A stretch of 51,473 nucleotides of DNA from Thermodesulfobacteriota bacterium (GCA_046753845.1 JBHHUP010000005.1:1-51473); one strand, 5' to 3'. Shown: positions 8,897-18,321, counted from the stretch's first letter. The notes: a model not told the origin generated them from the letters alone. Numbers and translations are program-made.

Positions 8897-10045
8897 TTAT
8901 ATACAGAGAAGTTTCTCCGGCGAATTGGTAATTAACTCCGCGCCGTCTTTTTTTACAAGCACCATATCCTCAATCCTTACCCCGCCCCAATCAGGCAGGT
9001 ATATACCTGGCTCCACTGTAACAATCATGCCATCAGTAAGTACGTCCATACTCTTTGGCCCTACGCCGGGGCCCTCGTGAACGGCAAGCCCGATGCCGTG
9101 TCCCGTGCCGTGGCCGAAATACTGTCCGTAACCTGACTTCTTAATATGCCTCCTTGCCGCCGAGTCAACATGAGAAGCCTTTACGCCCCCGGTGATCTTC
9201 TCCACGGCGAGCATCTGAGCCTCTTTCACTATGCGGTATATCTTTTTCTGCAGGCGAGTGCTTCTGCCAACGGCAAAGGTTCTCGTGCCGTCAGAGCAGT
9301 ACCCTCTGTAACGGACGCCCATGTCCATGACTACAAGCTCGCCCTTTTTTATCTCTTTACCGGAGGCCTTGCCGTGGGGCAGCGCACCGCGCGGCCCCGA
9401 GGCCACAATGGACTCAAATGACGGCCCCTCAGCTCCCCTGGTAATAAAGTAATCCTCAATCCTGCGCGCTACGGCCCGCTCTACGGCGCCGGGACGAAGA
9501 AGCCTCTCGGCCCTTTTAAAGCCGCCCTCAAGTATGGAGGCGGCTTTTTTTACAAGCTCTATCTCAGAGCTCTCCTTTGCCATCCTGAGGGGCCCCGTGA
9601 GATTAGATAGCGGGCGAAGCCTCGTAGGCTTTAAGGCGGCCTTTAGCTGCCCAAAGGCCCGGTAACTAAGGGCGCCTCCGTCAAGTCCAACGCTGCCGGT
9701 AAGGGAGAGTTTTTTTATCTCCCCTGCGATGACAGAAAAAAGCTCTTTTTTGTATATTTTTACGGAAAAACCGTGTTTTTTTACCTCTTCACGGGCCTGT
9801 GAGGCGTATCTCGAATCTGTTAAGAGCGTAGATTTTTTCTCGCTTATAATCAAATACGCGCTCGAGCCCGTAAAGCCCGTTAAGTAGCGGATATTATCAA
9901 GACCTGTCTCTACAAAGATCTTGATACGTTGTGCGCCCATGGCGGAGAGCATCTCGGCGCGCCGCTTTTTGTAATCCCCCTGAGACCTGATAATGGATAT
10001 CTCCCTTGCTGCATAATAGCCCCAAAAAAGGCTAAAAATTAACAA
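8897..10045 (-). CDS. Xaa-Pro aminopeptidase (M24 family); start uncertain
   Basis: NIRYLTGFTGS, SFESIVASGPRGALPHG, DMG..Y.GYCSDGTRT, HGTGHGIGLAVHEGP, TVEPGIY, GGVRIED. Confidence 0.93.
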   Translation of the reverse strand: MLIFSLFWGYYAAREISIIRSQGDYKKRRAEMLSAMGAQRIKIFVETGLDNIRYLTGFTGSSAYLIISEKKSTLLTDSRYASQAREEVKKHGFSVKIYKKELFSVIAGEIKKLSLTGSVGLDGGALSYRAFGQLKAALKPTRLRPLSNLTGPLRMAKESSEIELVKKAASILEGGFKRAERLLRPGAVERAVARRIEDYFITRGAEGPSFESIVASGPRGALPHGKASGKEIKKGELVVMDMGVRYRGYCSDGTRTFAVGRSTRLQKKIYRIVKEAQMLAVEKITGGVKASHVDSAARRHIKKSGYGQYFGHGTGHGIGLAVHEGPGVGPKSMDVLTDGMIVTVEPGIYLPDWGGVRIEDMVLVKKDGAELITNSPEKLLCI

Positions 10046-10079
10046 AACGAGTTAAAATTGAGCTAAAAAACCCATTTTT

Positions 10080-10265
10080 TCAGTTATCTTTAAATATGCC
10101 CTTCTTCCGTCTTTTTGAGAGGGCAATGTCCTTGAGGTCCTTTATCTTCTGCGTTATTTCCTCATCAGAGGGGCTCGTAAGGGCAAGAATATTGTAAATC
10201 ATGAGGGCGTCTTCAAGAAAACCCTGATCTTCAAGGACCTCTGCCATGGTCCTTGTAAAAAACAT
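10080..10265 (-). CDS. Small (61 aa) single-TPR-like protein
   Basis: ATG at 10265 gives MFFTRTMAEVLEDQGFLEDALMIYNIL, matching the T-x-T-(L/M)-A-E-x(4)-QG-x(4)-A-x-x-I-Y TPR-like module. It lies between aroB and the M24 peptidase. Confidence 0.7.
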   Translation of the reverse strand: MFFTRTMAEVLEDQGFLEDALMIYNILALTSPSDEEITQKIKDLKDIALSKRRKKGIFKDN

Positions 10266-10475
10266 ATCATCGCCAGCCTTTATCTCTCTCACAAGGATCC
10301 CGCATTTTTTTGCGAAAAAGGGGTAAAATAGCCCAAAAAAGCCCTTAAATGAAAGATTATTGCAGAATAAGAGGCAAGTCAAGAAGATTCTTTGTTAAGA
10401 ACAAAAGGGAGGAAAAAAAGAAGTACTTCTCATCAGCGGCTGGTCTGATAATTGCTAAACACAAACGAGAGAAAA

Positions 10476-11555
10476 CTACGAGGCGCGGAAAAATTCCTCA
10501 AGTTCAGCAGCGGTAACATCACGTAACTCCACTTGTCCTATATCTCGTATGAGGATAAAACGCATGCGCCCACCGCTGACTTTTTTATCATGACTCATGG
10601 CCTCGATATAGGCACGGGCATCTATCTCCGAAGGCGGCGCGGGAAGGCCCAGCGCGGAGACAAGGGCCTCGATACGCTCTGCCGTCTGCACATCAGAGAG
10701 ACCGAGTTTTACTGAGAACCTTGCCGCCATAACCAAACCCATGGCAACGGCCTCGCCGTGCCTATAGACCCCGTACCCTGCTACGGACTCTATGGCATGG
10801 CCGAAGGTATGGCCGAGATTAAGTACGGCCCTCCTGCCCGTGGTCTCAAACTCATCGTCGGATACTACCTCGGCCTTAATGGCGCAGGAGCGTCTTACGG
10901 CCTTGATGATAACGTCATCTAAAGCAAGTAAACCCGGGGCATTTTGCTCAAGGAATCCAAAAAAATCTTTATCAAGTATTACGCCGTATTTAATCACCTC
11001 GGCAAGCCCTGTCTTCACATCCCTCACGTCAAGGGTATTTAACGTATCAGGGTCAATAAGAACTGCCTTCGGCTGATAAAAACTTCCGATAAGGTTTTTT
11101 CCTCCGCTGTGGTTTACCGCCGTCTTACCGCCTACGGAGCTGTCTACCTCGGCAAGAAGCGTTGTGGGAATCTGCACGTAAGGGACGCCGCGAAGGTACG
11201 TTGCCGCGGCAAAACCCGTAATGTCACCTATAACTCCGCCGCCAAGGGCGATTATGGGCGAGCCCCTCTCAAAACGGTTCTCAACAAGTACATCGTATAT
11301 CTTATTAAGCTCGGAAAGGTTCTTATACTCCTCGCCATCGGGCACGGTTATAAGCAGAGGTTTAAATCCGCCCGCTCCCGTAAGGCTCTGTAGAAGGGCC
11401 TCGCCGTAGAGACTGTAAACCGTGGGGTTTGTTACAATAGCGCAGGGCCCGCTGAAGCCAAGCTCCTTAAGGCGCACTCCAACCTCTCTTATAAGCCCGC
11501 GCTTAATCTCAATAGGGTAGCTTCTATTATCGAGCTCGACAATAATCTTAGACAT
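10476..11555 (-). CDS. aroB: 3-dehydroquinate synthase
   Basis: PDGEEYK, ALGGGVIGD, PTTLLAEVDSSVGGKTAVN, LNLGHTFGHAIE, HGEAVA. Confidence 0.97.
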   Translation of the reverse strand: MSKIIVELDNRSYPIEIKRGLIREVGVRLKELGFSGPCAIVTNPTVYSLYGEALLQSLTGAGGFKPLLITVPDGEEYKNLSELNKIYDVLVENRFERGSPIIALGGGVIGDITGFAAATYLRGVPYVQIPTTLLAEVDSSVGGKTAVNHSGGKNLIGSFYQPKAVLIDPDTLNTLDVRDVKTGLAEVIKYGVILDKDFFGFLEQNAPGLLALDDVIIKAVRRSCAIKAEVVSDDEFETTGRRAVLNLGHTFGHAIESVAGYGVYRHGEAVAMGLVMAARFSVKLGLSDVQTAERIEALVSALGLPAPPSEIDARAYIEAMSHDKKVSGGRMRFILIRDIGQVELRDVTAAELEEFFRAS

Positions 11556-11602
11556 ATTCTATTCTTCCTTATATAAAGACGGGGCTATTATAACACTTAA
11601 TT

Positions 11603-12142
11603 TTACGCATTCTCCCCTTCGATAAAAGCCCTTATTTTTCCAACCACCTCGGCAACGCCGTAATCAGTGGTATCAATACTCAGCTCGCACTCATTGTAAG
11701 CCCGTTCTCTCTCTTGTAGGAGTCTCTTTATCTCGGCCTCTCTGTCTTGAGCCCCAAGAAGAGGCCTGCTCTCTGCTGTGCAGCCCGGCACGGCCCGCGA
11801 CGTTCTCTCCAGAATACTCGCAACGCTCGCCCTAAGGCATATAATAAAACCCCACTCTTTTAAGAGCGCCCTGTTCGCCCTGTCTACCACGGTGCCGCCG
11901 CCAGTAGCAAGAACAATAGAATCGCCGAGGGCGCCTGATACGACGCGTCTTACGGCCTCACTCTCAAGTTCACGAAAAGCGGGCTCGCCAAGGTCGCTGA
12001 AGATCTCCCTTATGGACTTTCCCGCCGAGTCCTCAATAAGGCTGTCAAGGTCTACAAAGGTCATCCCAAGCTCGCGGGCAAGGCGGTACGCAACAGTAGA
12101 TTTACCTGTACCCATAAAACCTGAGAGCACGATATTTTTCAT
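11603..12142 (-). CDS. aroK: Shikimate kinase
   Basis: Likely start ATG 12142 (MKNIVLSGFMGTGKSTV); GEPAFRELE, ATGGG, RPLL. Confidence 0.95.
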   Translation of the reverse strand: MKNIVLSGFMGTGKSTVAYRLARELGMTFVDLDSLIEDSAGKSIREIFSDLGEPAFRELESEAVRRVVSGALGDSIVLATGGGTVVDRANRALLKEWGFIICLRASVASILERTSRAVPGCTAESRPLLGAQDREAEIKRLLQERERAYNECELSIDTTDYGVAEVVGKIRAFIEGENA

Positions 12143-12318
12143 ATCAAAAAAAAGGGCTGCCGCCGCCGGAACCAAAAGACCGGGGCAGAGGCCCTCCCCC
12201 ATAAGTATTTTTTACACAGACCGCGCCCATGGCGGAGGGGCGGGCAGGCCAAAGTAATCAGCACACCCCCATGACCCCGCCCAGATACTATATCCACCAT
12301 GTGGGGGGCGCCCAAAGC

Positions 12319-13521
12319 TTAAAACTTCAGGACCTGCCTGATATAAGATGTGACGTTTCTCTTAATCTCGCTCATGGAATCACCGCCGAACTTTTCAAGA
12401 AAGGCGCAGGCAATGGTAAAGGCCACAACGGCCTCGGCAACAACAGTGGCCGCCGGAAGGGCGCATATATCAGATCTTTCCACACCTGCCTTTATAGTCT
12501 TTCCCGTAAGGATATCCACGGAGCGAAGGGGCTTGTAAAGGGTTGGTATGGGCTTCATCACCGCCCGCAGCAGAATGGTCTCACCGTTAGATGTGCCGCC
12601 CTCTATGCCCCCTGCGTTATTAGTCCTTCTGTAGTAAGGGTGATTCTCCGGCCAGAAATAAGGGGGAGTGTTTTTTTCAGGTTTTCTAAAAAATATCTCA
12701 TCATGAACCTCTGAGCCGGGACGAAAGCCATCTTCAAAACCAAGCCCAACCTCAACGCCTTTCATGGCCTGAATGCTCATAAGGGAGCCTGCGAGGCGGC
12801 CGTCAAGTTTTCTATCCCACTGCACGTGGCTTCCAAGCCCGGGAGGCACCCCTGTAACGGCTACCTTATACACACCGCCAAGGCTGTCTCCGGCGGCCTT
12901 GGCCTCGTCAATACGTTTTTTCATCTTTTCCGTAGTAGTACACCCGGGGCACCTTACAACAGACCTCTCGGCCTTCTCGAATAGCTTCTTCGGGTCCAGC
13001 TTCTTCGGGGCCTTCCAAGAGACGCCGCCAAGGGTCTCTACCCAGCTGTAGACATTTATTCCAAACTCCTCAAGGAGCCTTCTCGCCGCCGCTCCAACGG
13101 CAACCCTTGTGGCCGTCTCACGGGCGCTTGAACGCTCGAGGATATTCCTGAGATCACGGTGCCCGTATTTGAGCCCCCCGGCAAGGTCGGCGTGACCGGG
13201 CCTCGGCTCTGTAAGGACCTTTGTATTAATGCCTTTTAAGGGGCCGTCAGGACCCATAACACCCTGCCAGTTCTCCCAGTCGCGGTTGTTTATTACCATG
13301 GTAAGGGGCGAGCCAAGGGTAAAACCGCCGCGAAGCCCGGAGGTCACGTCTACGCGGTCGCTCTCTATGGCCATACGGCCGCCGCGTCCGTAACCGCCCT
13401 GACGCCTCTTCAGCTCCCTGTCTATAAAGGCGCTGCCAAGGCGAAGCCCCGCGGGAAGCCCCTCAAGTATGGCCGTAAGATTTTTTCCATGGGACTCACC
13501 TGCGTTCAGATACCTTAACAT
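12319..13521 (-). CDS. aroC: Chorismate synthase
   Basis: AGESHG, RRQGGYGRGGR, PRPGHAD, ERSSARET, TNNAGGIEGG, MKPIPTL, ERSD; AAGGAGG SD upstream. Confidence 0.97.
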   Translation of the reverse strand: MLRYLNAGESHGKNLTAILEGLPAGLRLGSAFIDRELKRRQGGYGRGGRMAIESDRVDVTSGLRGGFTLGSPLTMVINNRDWENWQGVMGPDGPLKGINTKVLTEPRPGHADLAGGLKYGHRDLRNILERSSARETATRVAVGAAARRLLEEFGINVYSWVETLGGVSWKAPKKLDPKKLFEKAERSVVRCPGCTTTEKMKKRIDEAKAAGDSLGGVYKVAVTGVPPGLGSHVQWDRKLDGRLAGSLMSIQAMKGVEVGLGFEDGFRPGSEVHDEIFFRKPEKNTPPYFWPENHPYYRRTNNAGGIEGGTSNGETILLRAVMKPIPTLYKPLRSVDILTGKTIKAGVERSDICALPAATVVAEAVVAFTIACAFLEKFGGDSMSEIKRNVTSYIRQVLKF

Positions 13522-13732
13522 CCTACAAAACCTCCTTTAATCAAAGCCGCATAAAAAAGGCCGCCCATAAGGCGCGCCTGCCTTCATGAGACCCTGAACA
13601 AGTTCGTACTTCCAAGGCATAGATGATCAAAGAAGAGACCATTCCCATAATATCAGAAACATGGAAAAGACCCTTCTTTTGGACAAAAAACCCCCTAAAT
13701 CCACCTGATAATCACCAAAAGGCCTAACAAAC

Positions 13733-14134
13733 CTATTTTTTCACCACCGGTCCGCCGGCCTTTACCCAAGCCGCATAACCGCCGTCCAGTGCCTTTACTC
13801 TTCTAAAACCCGCCTTCATGAGATAGAGCGCAGCACCTGCGCTCGATGCCTCATGGGGTCACGTACAGTAAGTGACTATCTCCGTGCCCATGGGGAGCTC
13901 AAACATACGGGCCTCAAGGTCATCGGGGGCAATGCGTTTATCACCCTTTATCCGTGTATCCATGGCCTCATAAGCACCCTTTGAACGGATATCAAGTATG
14001 AGTATCTTCTTTCCGGCCTTCATATCGGCCATCACTTCCTCAGGAGTAACCCTTACAACGTCCTGAATGGTAACGGCGGAGGCGAAGGTAGAGATACCAA
14101 ATACAAGAACAAGAGCGAGTATTATTTTTTTCAT
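13733..14134 (-). CDS. Exported rhodanese-domain selenoprotein (133 aa; Sec at codon 92, UGA 13859-13861)
   Basis: Signal peptide MKKIILALVLVFGISTFASA; rhodanese motifs ILDIR and IKG. Reading through TGA gives EIVTYCT-U-PHEASSAGAALYLMKAGFRRVKALDGGYAAWVKAGGPVVKK-TAG, which completes the rhodanese fold. A SECIS-like hairpin lies directly 3' of the UGA. Confidence 0.88.
13817..13855 (-). promoter_or_regulatory. Bacterial SECIS element
   Basis: mRNA after UGA: CCC CAUGAG GCAUC GAGCGCAG GUG CUGCGCUC UAU CUCAUG. Lower stem 6 bp, internal loop, upper stem 8 bp, G-starting apical loop about 21-22 nt from the UGA. Confidence 0.82.
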
Positions 14135-14273
14135 ATATTAATGCCTCCTTCGAATTATAATGGCACATTATCACACAATTGTCCTTAAAAATCAAAGGGC
14201 CTGAGAGTACATTTAGAGGTTACTGCTTATTTTATATGTGGTATGAGGTGAGAAAATCCTCTATAATACGGAG

Positions 14274-14522
14274 ATGGAAAAAATAGATGCAAAAAGAAGG
14301 CTTGACGCCAGAGGCATGTCGTGCCCAATGCCATCGGTAAAGACGGCCCTTGAACTTGAGGGTATGCAGACGGGCGAGGTCTTAGAGGTCATTACTGACG
14401 ACCCTGTATCAAAGACAGACCTGCCCATCTGGGCGCGGGCCTCGGGCAACACCGTACTCGCCATAAGCGAAGAGGCCCTTGAGGGCCGAGACTCCATTAC
14501 CATTTATGTGCAGAAGGGGTAG
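14274..14522 (+). CDS. TusA/SirA-family sulfur carrier protein
   Basis: LDARGMSCPMP, GEVLEVITDDP.S..DLP.W; 82 aa. Confidence 0.92.
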   Translation: MEKIDAKRRLDARGMSCPMPSVKTALELEGMQTGEVLEVITDDPVSKTDLPIWARASGNTVLAISEEALEGRDSITIYVQKG

Positions 14523-14525
14523 GGG

Positions 14526-15293
14526 TTGAGCGAGAGACTGTACCACCTGAACCTTACAAAAGAAGATATTGAGGGGGCCACCGTGGCCCTTATGCCCGGG
14601 GACCCGGCAAGGGCAGGTAAGATAGCCCTTGAGGTATCACGTTCATACTGCTCTACGGCTACGGAGCTTGCCTTAAAACGGGAGTTCACCACCTTCATAG
14701 TCCCAACGGATGATGCCCCCGTTATAGTAACCTCAACAGGCATAGGCGGCCCCTCTGTATCCATCGCCATAGAAGAGCTCGCACGCATCGGTATCCGCAC
14801 CTTTATACGCGTCGGCACAACAGGGGCCATTCAGGATTACCTTAAAAACGGCGACTGCGTCATCACCACGGGAGCCGTACGCCTTGACGGGGCCTCACGG
14901 CATTACGCCCCCCTATCATACCCCGCCGTAGCGAGTCTTCGCGTAACAAACGCCCTTGTAGCAGGGGCCGAGATGGCCGAAGTTCCATTTCATACAGGTA
15001 TTACCGCCTCATCGGATACCTTTTATCAGGGCGAGGAAAAAGCCGAGTCATTTAGAAAATACGCCATAAAGGATATAAGAGGCTCAACAGAAGAGTGGCG
15101 CATGCTCCATGTCCTTAATTACGAGATGGAGTCGGCAACCCTTCTTACGGCAACGGCCTCAATGGGCCTTGAGGGCGGCTGCGTTACAGGGGTCATCAAC
15201 GGCGCCGAGAGCGGCAATATAACGGCCGAGGTCCTCGCAAGAGGCGAGGCGAATGTCATAAAGGCCGCGACAGCGGCCCTGCGTTTTTTATAA
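14526..15293 (+). CDS. udp: Uridine phosphorylase-like nucleoside phosphorylase (NP-I family)
   Basis: YHLNL, MPGDP.R, REFTT, STGIGGPS.SIA.EELA, RVGTTGAIQ, AVRLDGAS.HYAP, ASSDTFY, NYEMESATLL. Confidence 0.85.
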   Translation: MSERLYHLNLTKEDIEGATVALMPGDPARAGKIALEVSRSYCSTATELALKREFTTFIVPTDDAPVIVTSTGIGGPSVSIAIEELARIGIRTFIRVGTTGAIQDYLKNGDCVITTGAVRLDGASRHYAPLSYPAVASLRVTNALVAGAEMAEVPFHTGITASSDTFYQGEEKAESFRKYAIKDIRGSTEEWRMLHVLNYEMESATLLTATASMGLEGGCVTGVINGAESGNITAEVLARGEANVIKAATAALRFL

Positions 15294-15325
15294 AAACCCA
15301 TAGCCGCCCAGGGGCCGCTAAATGA

Positions 15326-15838
15326 GTGATCATGAATAAATCCACGAAAAAATACCTGCTGCCGCTCCTTATCCTATTTATCTTAATATCAGGATGCGCA
15401 CCCGTCATATCACGGCCCGTGCTAAATGAGGTGGACAAGAGACTTACATTCGCCGAGATAAAAAAAGACCCCTCGGCCCACGGTAAAGCCATTGCGCTCC
15501 TTGGCGGCAAGGTCATAAAGGTTACAAACATAAAAGACGGAACCCTCGTCGAGGTACTGCAATCTCCGCTGGCGCGCAACCTGAAACCACTGCCCGAGAA
15601 GAGGTCAGAGGGCCGCTTCCTCATCCATTTCAAGGGTTTTATCGACCCCCTCGTATACATGGATAAGCTCATTACCGTGGCCGGCCAACTAACCGACCCC
15701 CTTACAAGGCCGATTAACAGGAGGGATTACACCTACCCCGTTATCAAGGTAAAAGAACATTACCTCTGGCGCATGGGCCATGACAACTCCCCTCCCGTGA
15801 GTTTCGGCATAGGCCTCGGGCTCTCAGGCGGATTCTGA
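15326..15838 (+). CDS. Slp-family outer-membrane lipoprotein
   Basis: Lipobox LISGC; LGGKVI...N....T.VEVLQ.PL, SEGRFL, GFIDP, ITVAG, YTYPVI, terminal FGIGLG. Confidence 0.88.
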   Translation: MIMNKSTKKYLLPLLILFILISGCAPVISRPVLNEVDKRLTFAEIKKDPSAHGKAIALLGGKVIKVTNIKDGTLVEVLQSPLARNLKPLPEKRSEGRFLIHFKGFIDPLVYMDKLITVAGQLTDPLTRPINRRDYTYPVIKVKEHYLWRMGHDNSPPVSFGIGLGLSGGF

Positions 15839-16075
15839 GTACCGCCGCCCAAAACGAGCTTATAATTACCGCGCTTTTTATTCACACCTTCTTACAGTTA
15901 CCCCTATACCCTAATCAGCCCTATAATGTGAGCTGCCGCCGCCCTCTTCTCTCTACCCTTTCCACCTCTAAGTTAAAGAATTCAGCCCATTCTGCGATAA
16001 TAATAATGACCTGTATTCGTGGCAAGCTCAGCTCTGCGTTATAAAGCAAAAAAACTTGGGGAGGAAAAAAAAGGG

Positions 16076-16942
16076 ATGAAGACACGTGATGAGATACTGC
16101 AGGACCTTGGCAGGATTCAAGACCTGCCCTCTTTGCCGAGGGTAGTAATAAAACTTCAGCAGGAGATGAACAAGGCCGAGGTCAGCATAGATGCCGTAGC
16201 GCGCATCATCAACGAAGACCCGCCCATAGCCCTGAAGGTATTAAAAGTAGTAAACTCCCCGGTATACCGCGCCATGCGCAAGATCGTAAGTATATCCGAT
16301 GCCACCATACGCATGGGGCTAAAGGAGATATACGAGATAGTGCTCTCCACGGCAATGTGCGACATAATGAGAGGAGGCGCGGGTATAGACTACACCCGGT
16401 TCTGGAATCACAGCATATCCGTGGCCCATGCGGGAAAGGCCATTATCCAAATCTCTTCGGAACGAGGCGGGGCATTTACAAAACCCGTGGCAGACGCCGC
16501 CTTCACCGCGGCCCTCTTACATGATATAGGGATGCTTATACTTAATAAATATAAACCCGGTACATATGAGAAGGTAATGGCAATACGCAAAGATGACGCC
16601 AGCATACCTATATCCGACCTTGAAGAGCAGGCCTTTGGCATAACTCACGCAGACGCGGGGGCATTTCTGCTTCGGAGATGGCATCTTCCCGAGGAAATCA
16701 TTATAGGGGTGGAGAGCCACCACAGGCACAACATTGAGCAGGCCGACCCGCCTGTGGCTCAGATTATCCACGCCGCCGACTACACCTGCGTACAAGAGGG
16801 CATAGACGGCGGTCTTGAGAGCGTCTCCATGGATTTTAATGATTCGGCATGGCAGGAGCTCAGTCTAAAGACAGAAGATATCCCCGAAATCATAAAGTTC
16901 GTGCGTGAACACCTGCAGCAGTCGCCGCTGCTCGTGGCCTGA
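16076..16942 (+). CDS. HDOD-domain protein
   Basis: LPSLPRVV, DPPIALKVLKVVNSP, FWNHS, AALLHDIG, THADAGAFLL..WHLP; likely ATG 16076. Confidence 0.92.
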   Translation: MKTRDEILQDLGRIQDLPSLPRVVIKLQQEMNKAEVSIDAVARIINEDPPIALKVLKVVNSPVYRAMRKIVSISDATIRMGLKEIYEIVLSTAMCDIMRGGAGIDYTRFWNHSISVAHAGKAIIQISSERGGAFTKPVADAAFTAALLHDIGMLILNKYKPGTYEKVMAIRKDDASIPISDLEEQAFGITHADAGAFLLRRWHLPEEIIIGVESHHRHNIEQADPPVAQIIHAADYTCVQEGIDGGLESVSMDFNDSAWQELSLKTEDIPEIIKFVREHLQQSPLLVA

Positions 16943-17007
16943 TAAGGGGTTTTTTAATGCCCCGTCCCCCCATGCCCGGATAAAAGAAGATAATAACAAT
17001 ACAATAT

Positions 17008-17046
17008 AAAAAAACCCCCCTCCTGTCTTAAAGAGAAGGGGGGGGG
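17008..17046 (-). terminator. Intrinsic terminator after rpe, between convergent genes
   Basis: C-run/G-run stem followed by T7 on the minus strand. Confidence 0.55.
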
Positions 17047-17086
17047 TAAACTCTAAGCATATAAGGTATACAGGAAAAAAATCCCC

Positions 17087-17743
17087 TTAAATTCCCTCTA
17101 CGGCCTCGCGCATCTGCCTTATAGTATCACTGTAGGAAGGCGTCTTGAATATACCCGAGCCCGCCACGACCACGTCAGCTCCGGCAAGAGCCACCTCTGC
17201 GATATTATCTACCTTTATGCCGCCGTCTACCTCAAGCTCCGTAGAGAGGCAGCGCTCTTTTATAATGGAGCGCACTTCTGTTATCTTCTTTAGAGCGCCG
17301 TGGATAAAGCTCTGTCCGCCAAACCCCGGGTTGACGCTCATAACAAGAACAAGGTCAAGGTCATCGATAATATCATGAAGCGCACTTACCGGGGTTGCGG
17401 GGTTAATGGATACGCCTGCCCGCGCGCCGCTGGCCTTTATTAGCTGAACCGTACCGTGCAGGTGCCGCGTGGCCTCGGCGTGTACGGTTATGATACCTGC
17501 GCCGGCCTCTGCGAACTCGGGAACATAACGCTCTGGCTCCTCTATCATAAGATGCACGTCAAGGGGCACTGTGGCAACAGACTTCAGGGCCTTTACCACA
17601 AAGGGGCCTATGGTGATATTAGAGACAAAACGGCCGTCCATTACGTCTACATGGAGGTAATCTGCACCGGCCTCGGTAACGGCCCGCACCTCCTCGGAGA
17701 GCCTGGTAAAGTCCGCCGAGAGCATTGATGGTGATATCTTCAT
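17087..17743 (-). CDS. rpe: Ribulose-phosphate 3-epimerase
   Basis: SPSMLSADF, HVDVMDG.FV.NITIG, DVHLMI, MSVNPGFGGQSF, EVDGG, VAGS. Confidence 0.97.
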   Translation of the reverse strand: MKISPSMLSADFTRLSEEVRAVTEAGADYLHVDVMDGRFVSNITIGPFVVKALKSVATVPLDVHLMIEEPERYVPEFAEAGAGIITVHAEATRHLHGTVQLIKASGARAGVSINPATPVSALHDIIDDLDLVLVMSVNPGFGGQSFIHGALKKITEVRSIIKERCLSTELEVDGGIKVDNIAEVALAGADVVVAGSGIFKTPSYSDTIRQMREAVEGI

Positions 17744-17796
17744 AAGCCGCCTCTTAATAAGTATGATTTAATGGAACAAAATAATGAATAAAAAAA

Positions 17797-18321
17797 TTAC
17801 CGCCCCAGCGCTTCTTCTATCTTGCCGGCAAGAAACTCCTCGGGCCTTACACCGCTCTGAATGTAGCTTACCGCACCGTCGCTCTTTACGATATAGGTCT
17901 TTGGTATACCCATTACATTATAGAGGTTTGAGATACTCCCATCGCTATCAGGGCCCGCGGGAAAGGTCCAGCCCATCTCCTTGAGGTAGGCCCTTGAGCC
18001 CTTCTCGGTATCATCTACGGCCACCCCAACAAAGACCAGACCCCTTGGACCGAACTTCTTGTACAGGGACTCCAGCGCGGGCCCTTCCATCCTGCATGGG
18101 CCGCACCATGAGGCCCAGAAGTTTATAAGGACGGGATGCCCCAGCTGTGATGAGAGCCTGAACTCCTCTCCGGAGAAGGTCTTTATGATAAAGTCTGCGG
18201 CAGGGCCTCCCAAGGTATTGATAGGGGCGGCCTTCTTCGCAGCTGTCTCAGCGCCCTGCTCCTGCCCGGAACAGCCGACAAAGAAAAGAAGCGTCAGCAA
18301 GACCAATATACCGTATCTCAT
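17797..18321 (-). CDS. TlpA/ResA-family thiol-disulfide oxidoreductase lipoprotein
   Basis: Lipobox FFVGC, INFWASWCGPCRME, GIP cis-Pro loop; alternative start 18360. Confidence 0.9.
   Translation of the reverse strand: MRYGILVLLTLLFFVGCSGQEQGAETAAKKAAPINTLGGPAADFIIKTFSGEEFRLSSQLGHPVLINFWASWCGPCRMEGPALESLYKKFGPRGLVFVGVAVDDTEKGSRAYLKEMGWTFPAGPDSDGSISNLYNVMGIPKTYIVKSDGAVSYIQSGVRPEEFLAGKIEEALGR

Noticed and set aside
13859-14134. 91-aa ORF taken as a complete protein or as a nonsense pseudogene
   Set aside because: The TGA falls at the catalytic position, the downstream frame is intact and a SECIS-like hairpin follows, so selenocysteine read-through is the better explanation.
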